32,000 nucleotides of DNA from Bifidobacterium longum subsp. longum JCM 1217 (GTDB taxonomy: Bacteria > Actinomycetota > Actinomycetes > Actinomycetales > Bifidobacteriaceae): the NCBI RefSeq assembly GCF_000196555.1, contig NC_015067.1:120001-152000 (forward strand), written 5' to 3'. The notes below the pieces were generated by a model, which made no database searches, was not told the DNA's origin, and worked only from the letters and a program-made list of their open reading frames with translations. This document shows, piece after piece, positions 9,848 to 17,700 of the stretch (position 1 is the stretch's first letter; each line of letters opens with the position of its first letter). Position numbers and translations under genes: made by a program.

Positions 9848-9970
9848 GTCCGATTCTGCCGAATCGGACGTCTGAGTTCCGAAAAATGTGTTCTGTGTGT
9901 CCGATTCTGGAGAATCGGTCATGTGTGATGTGAATTGGGATGTTTGGATGTCCGTTTCTGCAGAATCATC
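9848..9970. repeat. Cluster of three family-A palindromes with a 51-bp period (starts 9848, 9899, 9950), increasingly degenerate
   Basis: GTCCGATTC-tgcc-GAATCGGAC, then GTCCGATTC-tgga-GAATCGGtC, then GTCCGtTTC-tgca-GAATCatC. The third copy runs into the first codons of the kup frame. Confidence 0.8.
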
Positions 9971-11728
9971 TTTGCTCTGTACTCGTTGATTCGCAAATAC
10001 GGCGCATGGCTCGTCATACCGGCCATGCTCGGCGGCGCGGCCTTCCTGGCGGACTCGGTGCTGACGCCGGCCGTGTCGATCTCGTCCGCCGTCGAAGGCC
10101 TGAAGACGCTGCCGGCGTTGGAGCATCTGTTCACCGAGAACAAGGATCTGACGATGATGATCACCGCGGTGATCATCGTGATCCTGTTCGCCGTGCAGTC
10201 GCGCGGCACCGAATCGATCGGCAAGGTCTTCGGCTCGGTGGTGATGGTCTGGTTCGCGTTCCTGGCGATCGTCGGCGTGGTAGCCATCGGCAACGACTGG
10301 TCCGTGCTCGCCGCACTCAACCCGTACTACGGCATCAAGTTCCTGTTCAGTCCGAATAACGCCACCGGTCTGGCGCTGATGGGCACCGTGTTCCTTTCGA
10401 CCACCGGCGCCGAGGCGCTGTACTCGGATATGGGCCACGTGGGCCGCGGCAACATCTACTTCACCTGGCCGTTCATCAAGGTGGCGCTGGTGCTCAACTA
10501 CTTCGGCCAGGGCGCGTGGATGCTGCGCAACCAGAACAACCCCGAACTGGCCGACGCCGAGGGGATCACCCCGTTCTTCCAGATGATGGATCCGAACGTG
10601 CGCTATGTGGCCGTCGTGCTGTCGGCCACCGCCGGCATCATCGCCTCCCAGGCGCTGATTACGGGCGCGTTCACCATGGTCTCCGAGGCCACCGGCCTCA
10701 ACTGGATGCCGCATCTGCAGGTCTGTTACCCTGCCCGTACCCGCGGCCAGCTGTACATTCCGGTCGTCAACGTGGTGCTGTGCGTGGCCACGCTGGCCGT
10801 GCTGCTGCTGTTCCGCGATTCGGAACATATCTCGGCGGCCTACGGCTTGGCACTGACCATCACGATGATCACCACCACGATCCTGCTGGGCATCTACCTG
10901 TGGCACCGCAGCAACAAGTTCGGCGCCGTTGTGTTCACCATCGTGTTCCTGGCGATCCAGGTCCTGTTCTTCGCCGCCTCGATGGCCAAGTTCCTGCACG
11001 GCGGCTGGTTCACGCTGCTGCTCACGCTGGCGATCCTCATGATCATGTACACGTGGAACGAGGGCACCAAGCTGGAGCGCTCGCAGCGTCGGCACATGAT
11101 GCCGAAGGACTTCCTCCCCGCGCTGGACAAGCTGCACGGCGATAGCCGCATCCACCGGTTCGCGGACAACATCGTCTACCTGACCAGCGATCCGGACCTG
11201 AAGCGTCTCGATACGGACATCTTCTTCTCGATCTTCGCCGACCACCCCAAGCGCGCCCGCGCATGGTGGGCGGTGGCCGTCGAGACCACCGACGAGCCGT
11301 TCACCCGTGAGTATTCGGTCGAGAGCTTCGGTACCGACTACCTGTTCCGTGTGCGCATCCGCCTCGGCTTCAAGGTCTCGCAGTCCATCCCGGCCTACCT
11401 GCATCAGATCATGCACGATCTGGAGAAGACCGGCGAGCTGCCGAACCAGCAGTCGATCTACCCGAAGCTTGACGCCGATCCCGGCATCGGCACCATCCGC
11501 TACGTGGTGATCCACAAGGCGCTGATGCCCGAGTCGAAGGTCTCCGGCCGTGGCGCCCTCTCGCTGCAGATCAAGTACGCGATCCGCCGCGTGGCCGGTT
11601 CCCCGGTCAAGTGGTTCGGCCTGGCGCCGTACAACCCGCTGGTCGAGGTGCAGCCGCTGTTCGTGTCCACGCGCCGCCCGCCGCGCCTGACCCGCGTGGC
11701 CAGCCAGGCGCCCAAGCGCGAGGGCTGA
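9935..11728 (+). pseudogene. kup: KUP/HAK/KT potassium transporter lacking its 5' end (about 70 or more N-terminal codons missing)
   Basis: Strong Kup similarity from IFALYSLIRKYG onward (LTPAVSISSAVEGL, GAEALYSDMGH, ASQALITGAF). The conserved N-terminal G(V/I)VxGDIGTSPLY segment is absent, and none of the 200 bp upstream encodes it in any frame. The only in-frame starts are TTG 9935 and ATG 10025. Confidence 0.7.
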
Positions 11729-11781
11729 GCCGGCAGGCCGAACAGCCGGTGCGAGCCGGGTGGCCTAATGGCATGTCAGGG

Positions 11782-11816
11782 GGCCGCGAACCGTCATCGT
11801 ACGGTTCGCGGCCTTT
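11782..11816 (+). terminator. Rho-independent terminator after kup
   Basis: Perfect 13-bp stem GGCCGCGAACCGT / ACGGTTCGCGGCC with a 6-nt loop, followed by TTT. Confidence 0.75.
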
Positions 11817-12015
11817 GCATATGCGAATGATGCAGAGTGGGCGGTACTGCTTGTGAATGTAGCGGGTGGACGGGTGACGTGGTTGATGCCTTTTGCCGTA
11901 TGTTCACGGTGGCTATGCGTCGGATGGGACTGTAATTCGACTTCTTGGGATCTTTTTTGCTGCAGTGGTGCGCCAAAAGGTCTCAGCCGTCTCTGCGCCA
12001 CGCCTTCCGGCAGTC

Positions 12016-12031
12016 AGTACAAGGTTGTACT
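12016..12031. promoter_or_regulatory. Palindrome upstream of abfA (candidate operator)
   Basis: AGTACAA-GG-TTGTACT has 7-bp inverted arms. A second perfect palindrome, ATACGTG-T-CACGTAT, lies at 12096-12110, 35 bp before the abfA ATG. Confidence 0.3.
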
Positions 12032-12144
12032 ACACTGGTGGCTGCCACACGGATGTCCCCGGTCGCCCGCGCCTCCGCGGTACATCGTTGTATGGATACG
12101 TGTCACGTATGCAGAGTGCATGCAGATATGTAGAAAGGAATCCC

Positions 12145-13692
12145 ATGCCCCAGCAGGACCATCTGACCGCACGTCTCGTCGTCGATGACGATTTTGAGGT
12201 CGCTCCGGTCAACAATCGTCTGTTCGGTTCGTTCGTCGAGCACCTTGGCCGTTGCGTGTACACCGGCATCTACGAGCCCGACCACCCGACCGCCGACGAG
12301 CACGGCTTCCGCAAGGACGTCATCGACCTGGTCAAGGAACTCGGCGCCACCACCATCCGCTACCCGGGCGGCAACTTCGTGTCCGGCTACCGCTGGGAGG
12401 ACGGCATCGGCCCCAAGCAGGAACGTCCCCGTCGACTCGATCTGGCCTGGCATTCCAGCGAAACCAACGAATTCGGCCTGCACGAGATGGCCGAATGGCT
12501 TGAGGCCACCGGCGGCAACGAGCTGATGGAGGCCGTCAACCTGGGCACGCGCGGCCTGCAGGAGGCCCTGGACCTGCTGGAGTACGCGAACGTGCCCGGC
12601 GGCACCGAGCTGTCGGAACGTCGCCGCGCCAACGGCGCCGACAAGCCGTTCGATATCCGCATGTGGTGCCTGGGCAACGAGATGGACGGCCCGTGGCAGC
12701 TCGGCCACAAGTCCGCCGAGGACTACGGCATGCTCGCCGCCTCCGTGGCCGCCGGCATGCGCCAGATCGATCCGGATGTGGAACTGGTGGTGTGCGGCTC
12801 CTCCGCCCATGGCATGCCGACCTTCGGCAAGTGGGAGCAGACCGTTCTTGAGAAGACCTACGAGAACGTGAACTTCGTCTCCTGCCACGCCTACTACCAG
12901 CCGTTCTTCAAGGAGGACGGCACGCGCGACATGGCCAGCTTCCTGGCCTCCGGCGTGGATATGGACGGCTTCATCAAGGACGTGGCCGCCACCATCGACG
13001 CCACCAAGGCCCATCTGAAGAGCGCGCACGACGTGTACATCTCGTTCGATGAATGGAATGTCTGGTACCAGGGTGAGGAGCCGAGCAAGACCCCCGAGGG
13101 CATCGGCAACTGGCCGGTGGCCCCGCGTCTGCTGGAGGACATCTACACCGCCGCCGACGCCGTGGTGTTCGGCGATCTGATGATCACGCTGCTCAAGAAC
13201 GCCGACCGCGTGCGCGCCGCCAGCCTGGCGCAGCTGGTCAATGTCATCGCCCCGATCATGACGGAGCCGGGCGGCCCGGCCTGGCGCCAGACCACGTTCC
13301 ACCCGTTCTCCGTGACCGCGCGCCTGGCCAAGGGCGGCACCGTGCTGGAGCCGAAGCTGTCCGCCGGCACCGTGGATACGCCGCGCTATGGCGAGGTCGA
13401 CGGCGTGAACGCCGTGGCCGTGCGCTGCGCCGACGGCTCGCTCGCCGTGTTTGCGGTGAACCGTTCGCTCGAGGCGACCGCCGAGTTCGAGATCAGGCTG
13501 CAGGACGGCGCGCAGCCGGCATCCGTCGAGGCGCAGACGCTGCACGACGACGATCTGTTCGCTGCGAATACGCTCTACGACCAGAACCGTGTGACCCCGC
13601 ACGCCAACGGGTCGGCCATGTACGATGCCGAGTCCGGCGTGGTCCGCGTCTCCCTGCCGCCGGTGAGTTGGACCGCCCTGCACATCAAGTGA
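12145..13692 (+). CDS. abfA: GH51 alpha-L-arabinofuranosidase
   Basis: MPQQDHLTARLVVDDDFEVAPVNNRLFGSFVEHLGRCVYTGIYEP ... IRYPGGNFVSGYRWEDGIGP ... WCLGNEMDGPWQ is typical of GH51 AbfA. AAAGGAA lies upstream of the ATG at 12145; the tracked start at 11893 is an upstream extension. Confidence 0.93.
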   Translation: MPQQDHLTARLVVDDDFEVAPVNNRLFGSFVEHLGRCVYTGIYEPDHPTADEHGFRKDVIDLVKELGATTIRYPGGNFVSGYRWEDGIGPKQERPRRLDLAWHSSETNEFGLHEMAEWLEATGGNELMEAVNLGTRGLQEALDLLEYANVPGGTELSERRRANGADKPFDIRMWCLGNEMDGPWQLGHKSAEDYGMLAASVAAGMRQIDPDVELVVCGSSAHGMPTFGKWEQTVLEKTYENVNFVSCHAYYQPFFKEDGTRDMASFLASGVDMDGFIKDVAATIDATKAHLKSAHDVYISFDEWNVWYQGEEPSKTPEGIGNWPVAPRLLEDIYTAADAVVFGDLMITLLKNADRVRAASLAQLVNVIAPIMTEPGGPAWRQTTFHPFSVTARLAKGGTVLEPKLSAGTVDTPRYGEVDGVNAVAVRCADGSLAVFAVNRSLEATAEFEIRLQDGAQPASVEAQTLHDDDLFAANTLYDQNRVTPHANGSAMYDAESGVVRVSLPPVSWTALHIK

Positions 13693-13698
13693 CGCGAT

Positions 13699-13741
13699 GG
13701 GCCGCGCGGTCCGTTCCGGAGAAGGACGGATCGCACGGCCC
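13699..13741 (+). terminator. Long imperfect hairpin after abfA
   Basis: GGGCCGCGCGGTCCG pairs with CGGATCGCACGGCCC (13 of 15 positions), followed by TTGCTT. Confidence 0.45.
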
Positions 13742-13863
13742 TTGCTTCCCGGGCCGGGCGGAAGGGACCGGACCGGCCGGGGAAAACGCGTTATGCTGGA
13801 ATCAGACGGGCGTTCCGCCTGAACCGTGCGGAACATGCCCGATGGTGCGACGAGAGGGGTGCT

Positions 13864-14898
13864 GTGGCGAAACGGGTGACCATCACCGACGTGGCGCGCG
13901 AGACGGGCGTCTCCATCAAAACGGTGTCGAATGTGCTGAACAACACCGGCAGTATGCGCCCGGAGACGCGCCAGCGTGTCCAGGATGCCATCGAACGCCT
14001 CGGATACCGCGTTAACGTGTCCGCCCGCGCCATGAAAACCGGCGGCACGAAGCTCATCGGACTGGCCATCACCGATTTCTGCCAGCCGTTCATGCCCTAT
14101 CTCGCCGACAGCATCGTGGCGGCGGCACGTTCCCGCGGGTACGCGGTGATCACCGATACCTACAACAGCGCCGGCGGCTTGGCGCAGGCGATCCCGGAGA
14201 CGAAGAAGCTGGCCGCGGACGGCTGGATTTTCTTCATGGGCTCGCCGATCACGGATCGCACGATACTGCACCAGCCGTATCCGTTGGTGATTGTGGGCGA
14301 TTACGATACGCAGGGACTGGCCGATTGGGTCACGATGCCGAACGTGGAGGCCGTACGCACCGCGGTGGGGGCGCTGCTGGATTCGGGATGCCGTAGGATC
14401 GCGTTGATCGGCGGCACCGCGGAGAACGCATGCCCGGATGCCGACCGCGAGTCGCGGCCCGAAACCACCAGCACGATGCGTACCCGCGGCTATGTGTTGG
14501 CCCATGAGGAGCGTGGCCTGCAGGTCGATTGGCGGCTGGTCCGTAACGCGGATTGGGTGCAGTCCGGCGGCCGCGATGCGGTGGCGGGGCTGTTGGACGA
14601 TCCGGATGCGCCGCGTCCGGATGCGGTCATGTGCCTGAACGACGCGCTCGCCATCGGGGTGATTCATGAGCTGCAGCGGCGCGGCGTGCGCGTGCCGCAG
14701 GATATGCAGGTCATTGGGTTCGACAACGTGCCGGATGCCGAGTACTGCATGCCCGGATTGACGACGATCGACCCGCATGTGGATGATTACGCGCGACATG
14801 CCGTGGATATGCTGATCGCGCGCATCGAGGGGTCGGCGGATCCGTTCCGCACGTATGTGACCTCCTACGATCTGGTGCGTCGTGCCTCGACGTGTTGA
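13864..14898 (+). CDS. LacI-family transcriptional regulator
   Basis: GTG start. HTH MAKRVTITDVARETGVSIKTVSNVLNN plus a periplasmic-binding-fold core (DAVMCLNDALAIGVIHELQRRGVRVPQDMQVIGFDN). Confidence 0.92.
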   Translation: MAKRVTITDVARETGVSIKTVSNVLNNTGSMRPETRQRVQDAIERLGYRVNVSARAMKTGGTKLIGLAITDFCQPFMPYLADSIVAAARSRGYAVITDTYNSAGGLAQAIPETKKLAADGWIFFMGSPITDRTILHQPYPLVIVGDYDTQGLADWVTMPNVEAVRTAVGALLDSGCRRIALIGGTAENACPDADRESRPETTSTMRTRGYVLAHEERGLQVDWRLVRNADWVQSGGRDAVAGLLDDPDAPRPDAVMCLNDALAIGVIHELQRRGVRVPQDMQVIGFDNVPDAEYCMPGLTTIDPHVDDYARHAVDMLIARIEGSADPFRTYVTSYDLVRRASTC

Positions 14899-14940
14899 CG
14901 GCCCGGCGTTCGCCTGGACATGGGTCTGTGACGGGCTGCT

Positions 14941-14976
14941 GTCGCCTCTCCCGTGGCGTATTCCGGGAGAGGCGAC
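14941..14976. terminator. Bidirectional hairpin between the convergent LacI gene and the GH31 remnant
   Basis: Perfect 13-bp stem GTCGCCTCTCCCG / CGGGAGAGGCGAC with a 10-nt loop. Confidence 0.6.
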
Positions 14977-14983
14977 ATGCGGG

Positions 14984-16021
14984 CTAGGATCGGAGCAGCA
15001 CCTCCGTCAGCGCTTGACGGACGGCGCTCGGCATATGCGAATCGGAGCAATCTTCCATGTCCGGCCCGCTGACGTGCTCGAGTGAATCCATCGTGGCCAA
15101 TGCGTCGATGCCGTTCTCCGCTATGGCGGCATAAGCCTGTTCCTTGGTCAGATATCGCATTTCGGCATGCCGAAGGATGTCGAAGACGTCTTCCATGCGG
15201 GGATCGGGGGCCATCGTCGTGTCGCCGATGGTGACACGTATCTCGCTGCGGGTGGATACGTCGGCGACCGTTACCTGCAATGTGAGGGTTTCGGCATCAT
15301 ACCGGCGATCCGAATCGACGGATGCGCCGTCGGCCTGTACGGATATGTCGCTGTCGGTAATGCCTCGGAACAGGAAATCCCATGTTCTCCGGGCCGGCAG
15401 AGCGTGAACGTCTCCCTGGGCTGGCGATACCGTGAGTGCGGATGTGGCGCCGTCCTTGCGCCATCGATAGGTGATCGCGGTGGTCGCCGGGGTGATCTGC
15501 CGAGAGTAATGTCCCGAATCCTCCATCAGCGTGAAGTCGCCGTCCGCTCCGGGGAAGACGATGATCTCCAGATGCTGCGGGTTGTCGACGGAGTTGATGG
15601 AATCCCCCTCGGACAGGGGCTGCATCGGCACGATGCCGCCGGCCTTCGCGAACACGGGAATTCCGTCGAGCGGACGCCAGACGGTCATGCGCCGTCCGTT
15701 GGGCGAAGACGCGCTATACCGGCGCCCGGTGAAGAAGTCGAACCAGTCGCCCTGCGGCAGCCATACGTCGGCCTTGCCCCGTCGGGAGGATTTATCCATC
15801 GGTTCCGTGATGGGCGCGGCCAGCAGTTCGGTGCCGAACATGTATTCGTTGGGAACGTGGTATGCGGCGTCGATGTCGGGCGATCCCCAATACATGGGCT
15901 CCACCAGGGGAAGGCCTGTCCGGGATGCGCGCCAGTTCATGGTGTGGAGGTACGGAATCATGCGATGGCGCAGGCGGAGCGCATCGTCCATGATCGCACG
16001 GAGGGGGTGCGGATGTTTTTT
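14984..16021 (-). pseudogene. C-terminal remnant of a GH31 alpha-glucosidase/alpha-xylosidase, truncated by the adjacent insertion sequence
   Basis: Homology starts around RAIMDDALRLRHRMIPYLHT ... EPMYW ... EYMFGTELLAAPI ... VWLPQGDWFDFFTG, which is the distal part of GH31 enzymes. The catalytic N-terminal and central regions are absent. The apparent start (MDWPPDRPKK) lies inside the transposase 3' end. Confidence 0.75.
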
Positions 16022-17434
16022 TGGACGGTCAGGCGGCCAGTCCAAGACTTCTGCGGTATTGCACGGGGCTCATCCAGTCCAGTGACTTCTTGATCCTGGT
16101 TTCATTGTAGTGGGTCAGGTAGGCGGCCAGGCGTTCGCGGAACTCCTCGTAGCCCACGCCCCTCCAGTCCCGCCCGTAGAATAACTCGTTCTTGAGCCTG
16201 CCGAAGAACCCCTCGGCGGCCGCGTTGTCCGGGCTGCATCCCTTGGCGCTCATCGACCGGATCAGCCCGTGCTCCTCGCAGATGCGGATCCATTCGTCCC
16301 ACCGGTAGTGGCAGCCGCGGTCCGAGTGGATGATTGGATGTTCCCCGTCCCTGAGCGTGGCGACCGCGTCAAGGAGCATCCGGTTCGCCATGTCGGCGTT
16401 CGGGGAGCGCGACAAGGTCCAGGAGACCACCATCCCGTCGAAGCAGTCGACCACCGGGGAAAGCCAGCACTTGTACCCGTCCATGGTGAACTGGGTGACG
16501 TCCGTGACCCACAGCATGTTCGGCGCGTCGGCGTGGAAGTCCCGCTCCACGAGGTTCGCCGGGGCCTCGCCGATCTCGCCGGCGTAGGAGCTCCACCGCT
16601 TCGGCCGCTTCAGGTACACGGGCCGCATGGCCCCCTCGCGCATGATCCGCCTGACGACCTTCTCCGAGACGACGATCGGGTCGGACTCGTCAAGGCGCAG
16701 CATGCGGTGGATGGTCCGGTATCCCCATGCGCGCCCACCCTGCTCGAACAGGCCGGCGACGCGGGCCCGCAGCACGGCGTACCTGTCGCCCGCGGCGATC
16801 GCGCCGCGCTCGTAATAGTAGGTGCTGCGTTTCAGCCCCACGGCCTTCAGACAGGCCGCCAGGCCGAATTCACCCCTGATCGCGTCGACGACCCGCGTCC
16901 TCTCCCTGTTCGTCAGCATGGACGGGTCGAGGCGCGGGTCGTCGGCTTTTAAAACATCGATCGTCTCCCGCATCACCGCGTTCTCCAGCCGCAGGACCTC
17001 CACCTGCCGGCGCAGCTCCTCCACGTCATCGCCGGCCGCGGGCATCGGTTCGGCCGGCATCGGCGCGTTTCTCCTGTCCATCAGTCCCAGTATCCCCTCG
17101 CTCCGGTAGCGGCGCATCCACTGGTACACGCTCGTCGGCGTGCAACCCGCGTCGCGCGCCACGCGGGCGAGGGGCTCGCCCTCGAGCGCGCGTCTGGCCG
17201 CATTCGTCTTGCATTCCAGCGTATACGAACGCCTGCACGCGCCCGTGATCTCGTCGGCCTCCGCGTCCAGCATCGCGTTCAACAGCTGTTCGACCTTCTC
17301 CGACACCAACCGGTCCAGCTTCGTCTCGAGCATGTTCTCGTCGACCTGTAGAATCTGATTCGGCATGGTTCCGTCGCCTTCCTAAATAGGTTGATTTGGT
17401 TTGGCGACTGAAATCGTACCCGGACGACGGACCA
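16022..17434 (-). mobile_element. IS3-family insertion sequence (boundaries approximate), carrying a fused transposase with an IS256-like N-terminal fragment
   Basis: rve-type DDE transposase inside. Candidate TG...CA ends are TGGACGGTCAGGCGGC (16022-) and, on the other strand, TGGTCCGTCGTCCGGG (-17434), matching at 10 of 16. No flanking direct repeat was found. The region looks more GC-rich than its surroundings. Confidence 0.6.
16029..17366 (-). CDS. Single-frame IS3-family OrfAB-type transposase (HTH + leucine zipper + rve DDE domain) fused to about 43 N-terminal residues resembling an IS256/Mutator-type transposase
   Basis: Residues 1-43 contain LLNAMLDAEADEITGA, an IS256-family N-terminal hallmark. 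These are followed directly by RRSYTLECK...VARDAGCTPTSVYQWMRRYRSEG (IS3 OrfA HTH), then WVTDVTQF, HSDRGCHY and DNAAAEGFFGRLKNE (DDE triad). Confidence 0.85.
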   Translation of the reverse strand: MPNQILQVDENMLETKLDRLVSEKVEQLLNAMLDAEADEITGACRRSYTLECKTNAARRALEGEPLARVARDAGCTPTSVYQWMRRYRSEGILGLMDRRNAPMPAEPMPAAGDDVEELRRQVEVLRLENAVMRETIDVLKADDPRLDPSMLTNRERTRVVDAIRGEFGLAACLKAVGLKRSTYYYERGAIAAGDRYAVLRARVAGLFEQGGRAWGYRTIHRMLRLDESDPIVVSEKVVRRIMREGAMRPVYLKRPKRWSSYAGEIGEAPANLVERDFHADAPNMLWVTDVTQFTMDGYKCWLSPVVDCFDGMVVSWTLSRSPNADMANRMLLDAVATLRDGEHPIIHSDRGCHYRWDEWIRICEEHGLIRSMSAKGCSPDNAAAEGFFGRLKNELFYGRDWRGVGYEEFRERLAAYLTHYNETRIKKSLDWMSPVQYRRSLGLAA

Positions 17435-17484
17435 TGTCTCTCAACTCAAGCCTCAACCAAAATGCGCAACAAACCGGGCGTTAT

Positions 17485-17510
17485 CAATCGGACACATTGG
17501 AGTCGGACAG
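17485..17510. repeat. Degenerate family-A repeat remnant (two right-arm-like halves)
   Basis: cAATCGGACAC attg GAGTCGGACAg, next to the IS right boundary. Confidence 0.35.
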
Positions 17511-17536
17511 GCTAAGCTGCATAGAACACCGCATCT

Positions 17537-17548
17537 AATCGGTTCGAC
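17537..17548. promoter_or_regulatory. ScrR-type operator half/degenerate site upstream of scrP
   Basis: AATCGGTTCGAC matches the right half of the 17597-17614 palindrome. Confidence 0.35.
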
Positions 17549-17596
17549 ACGCGCATTTCACTGCGCGACTGGACATTGACGTCCCTTTCGAGGTAA

Positions 17597-17614
17597 TATC
17601 GAACCGGTTCGATA
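17597..17614. promoter_or_regulatory. Perfect 18-bp palindrome, candidate ScrR (LacI-type) operator of scrP
   Basis: TATCGAACCGGTTCGATA lies 87 bp upstream of the scrP ATG. Related sites are at 8554, 17537 and 21083. Confidence 0.65.
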
Positions 17615-17700
17615 CATACGTGAGTATGCAAATACGTAAACAACAAACAGGCAGATGCGCACGCAAATTGCACCCGCGCCCATGAGCCAAGGGAGGTCCC

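Noticed and set aside
9848-9970. Three palindromic repeats with an exact 51-bp period (22-nt repeat, 29-nt spacer) resembling a mini-CRISPR array
   Set aside because: There are only three units, and they degenerate progressively. The repeat is shorter than typical CRISPR repeats, the two spacers resemble each other, and single copies of the same palindrome are scattered elsewhere (6727, 7516, 17485). No cas genes are present. It fits a REP/BIME-like cluster better.
16022-17434. Simple nested insertion (IS3 element inserted into an IS256 element)
   Set aside because: At the IS256/IS3 junction there is no IS3 leader, inverted repeat or start codon. The two parts are joined in frame, so a deletion or recombination fusion (or a native, unfamiliar architecture) is more likely. 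The candidate terminal repeats match only 10 of 16, so the boundaries stay uncertain.
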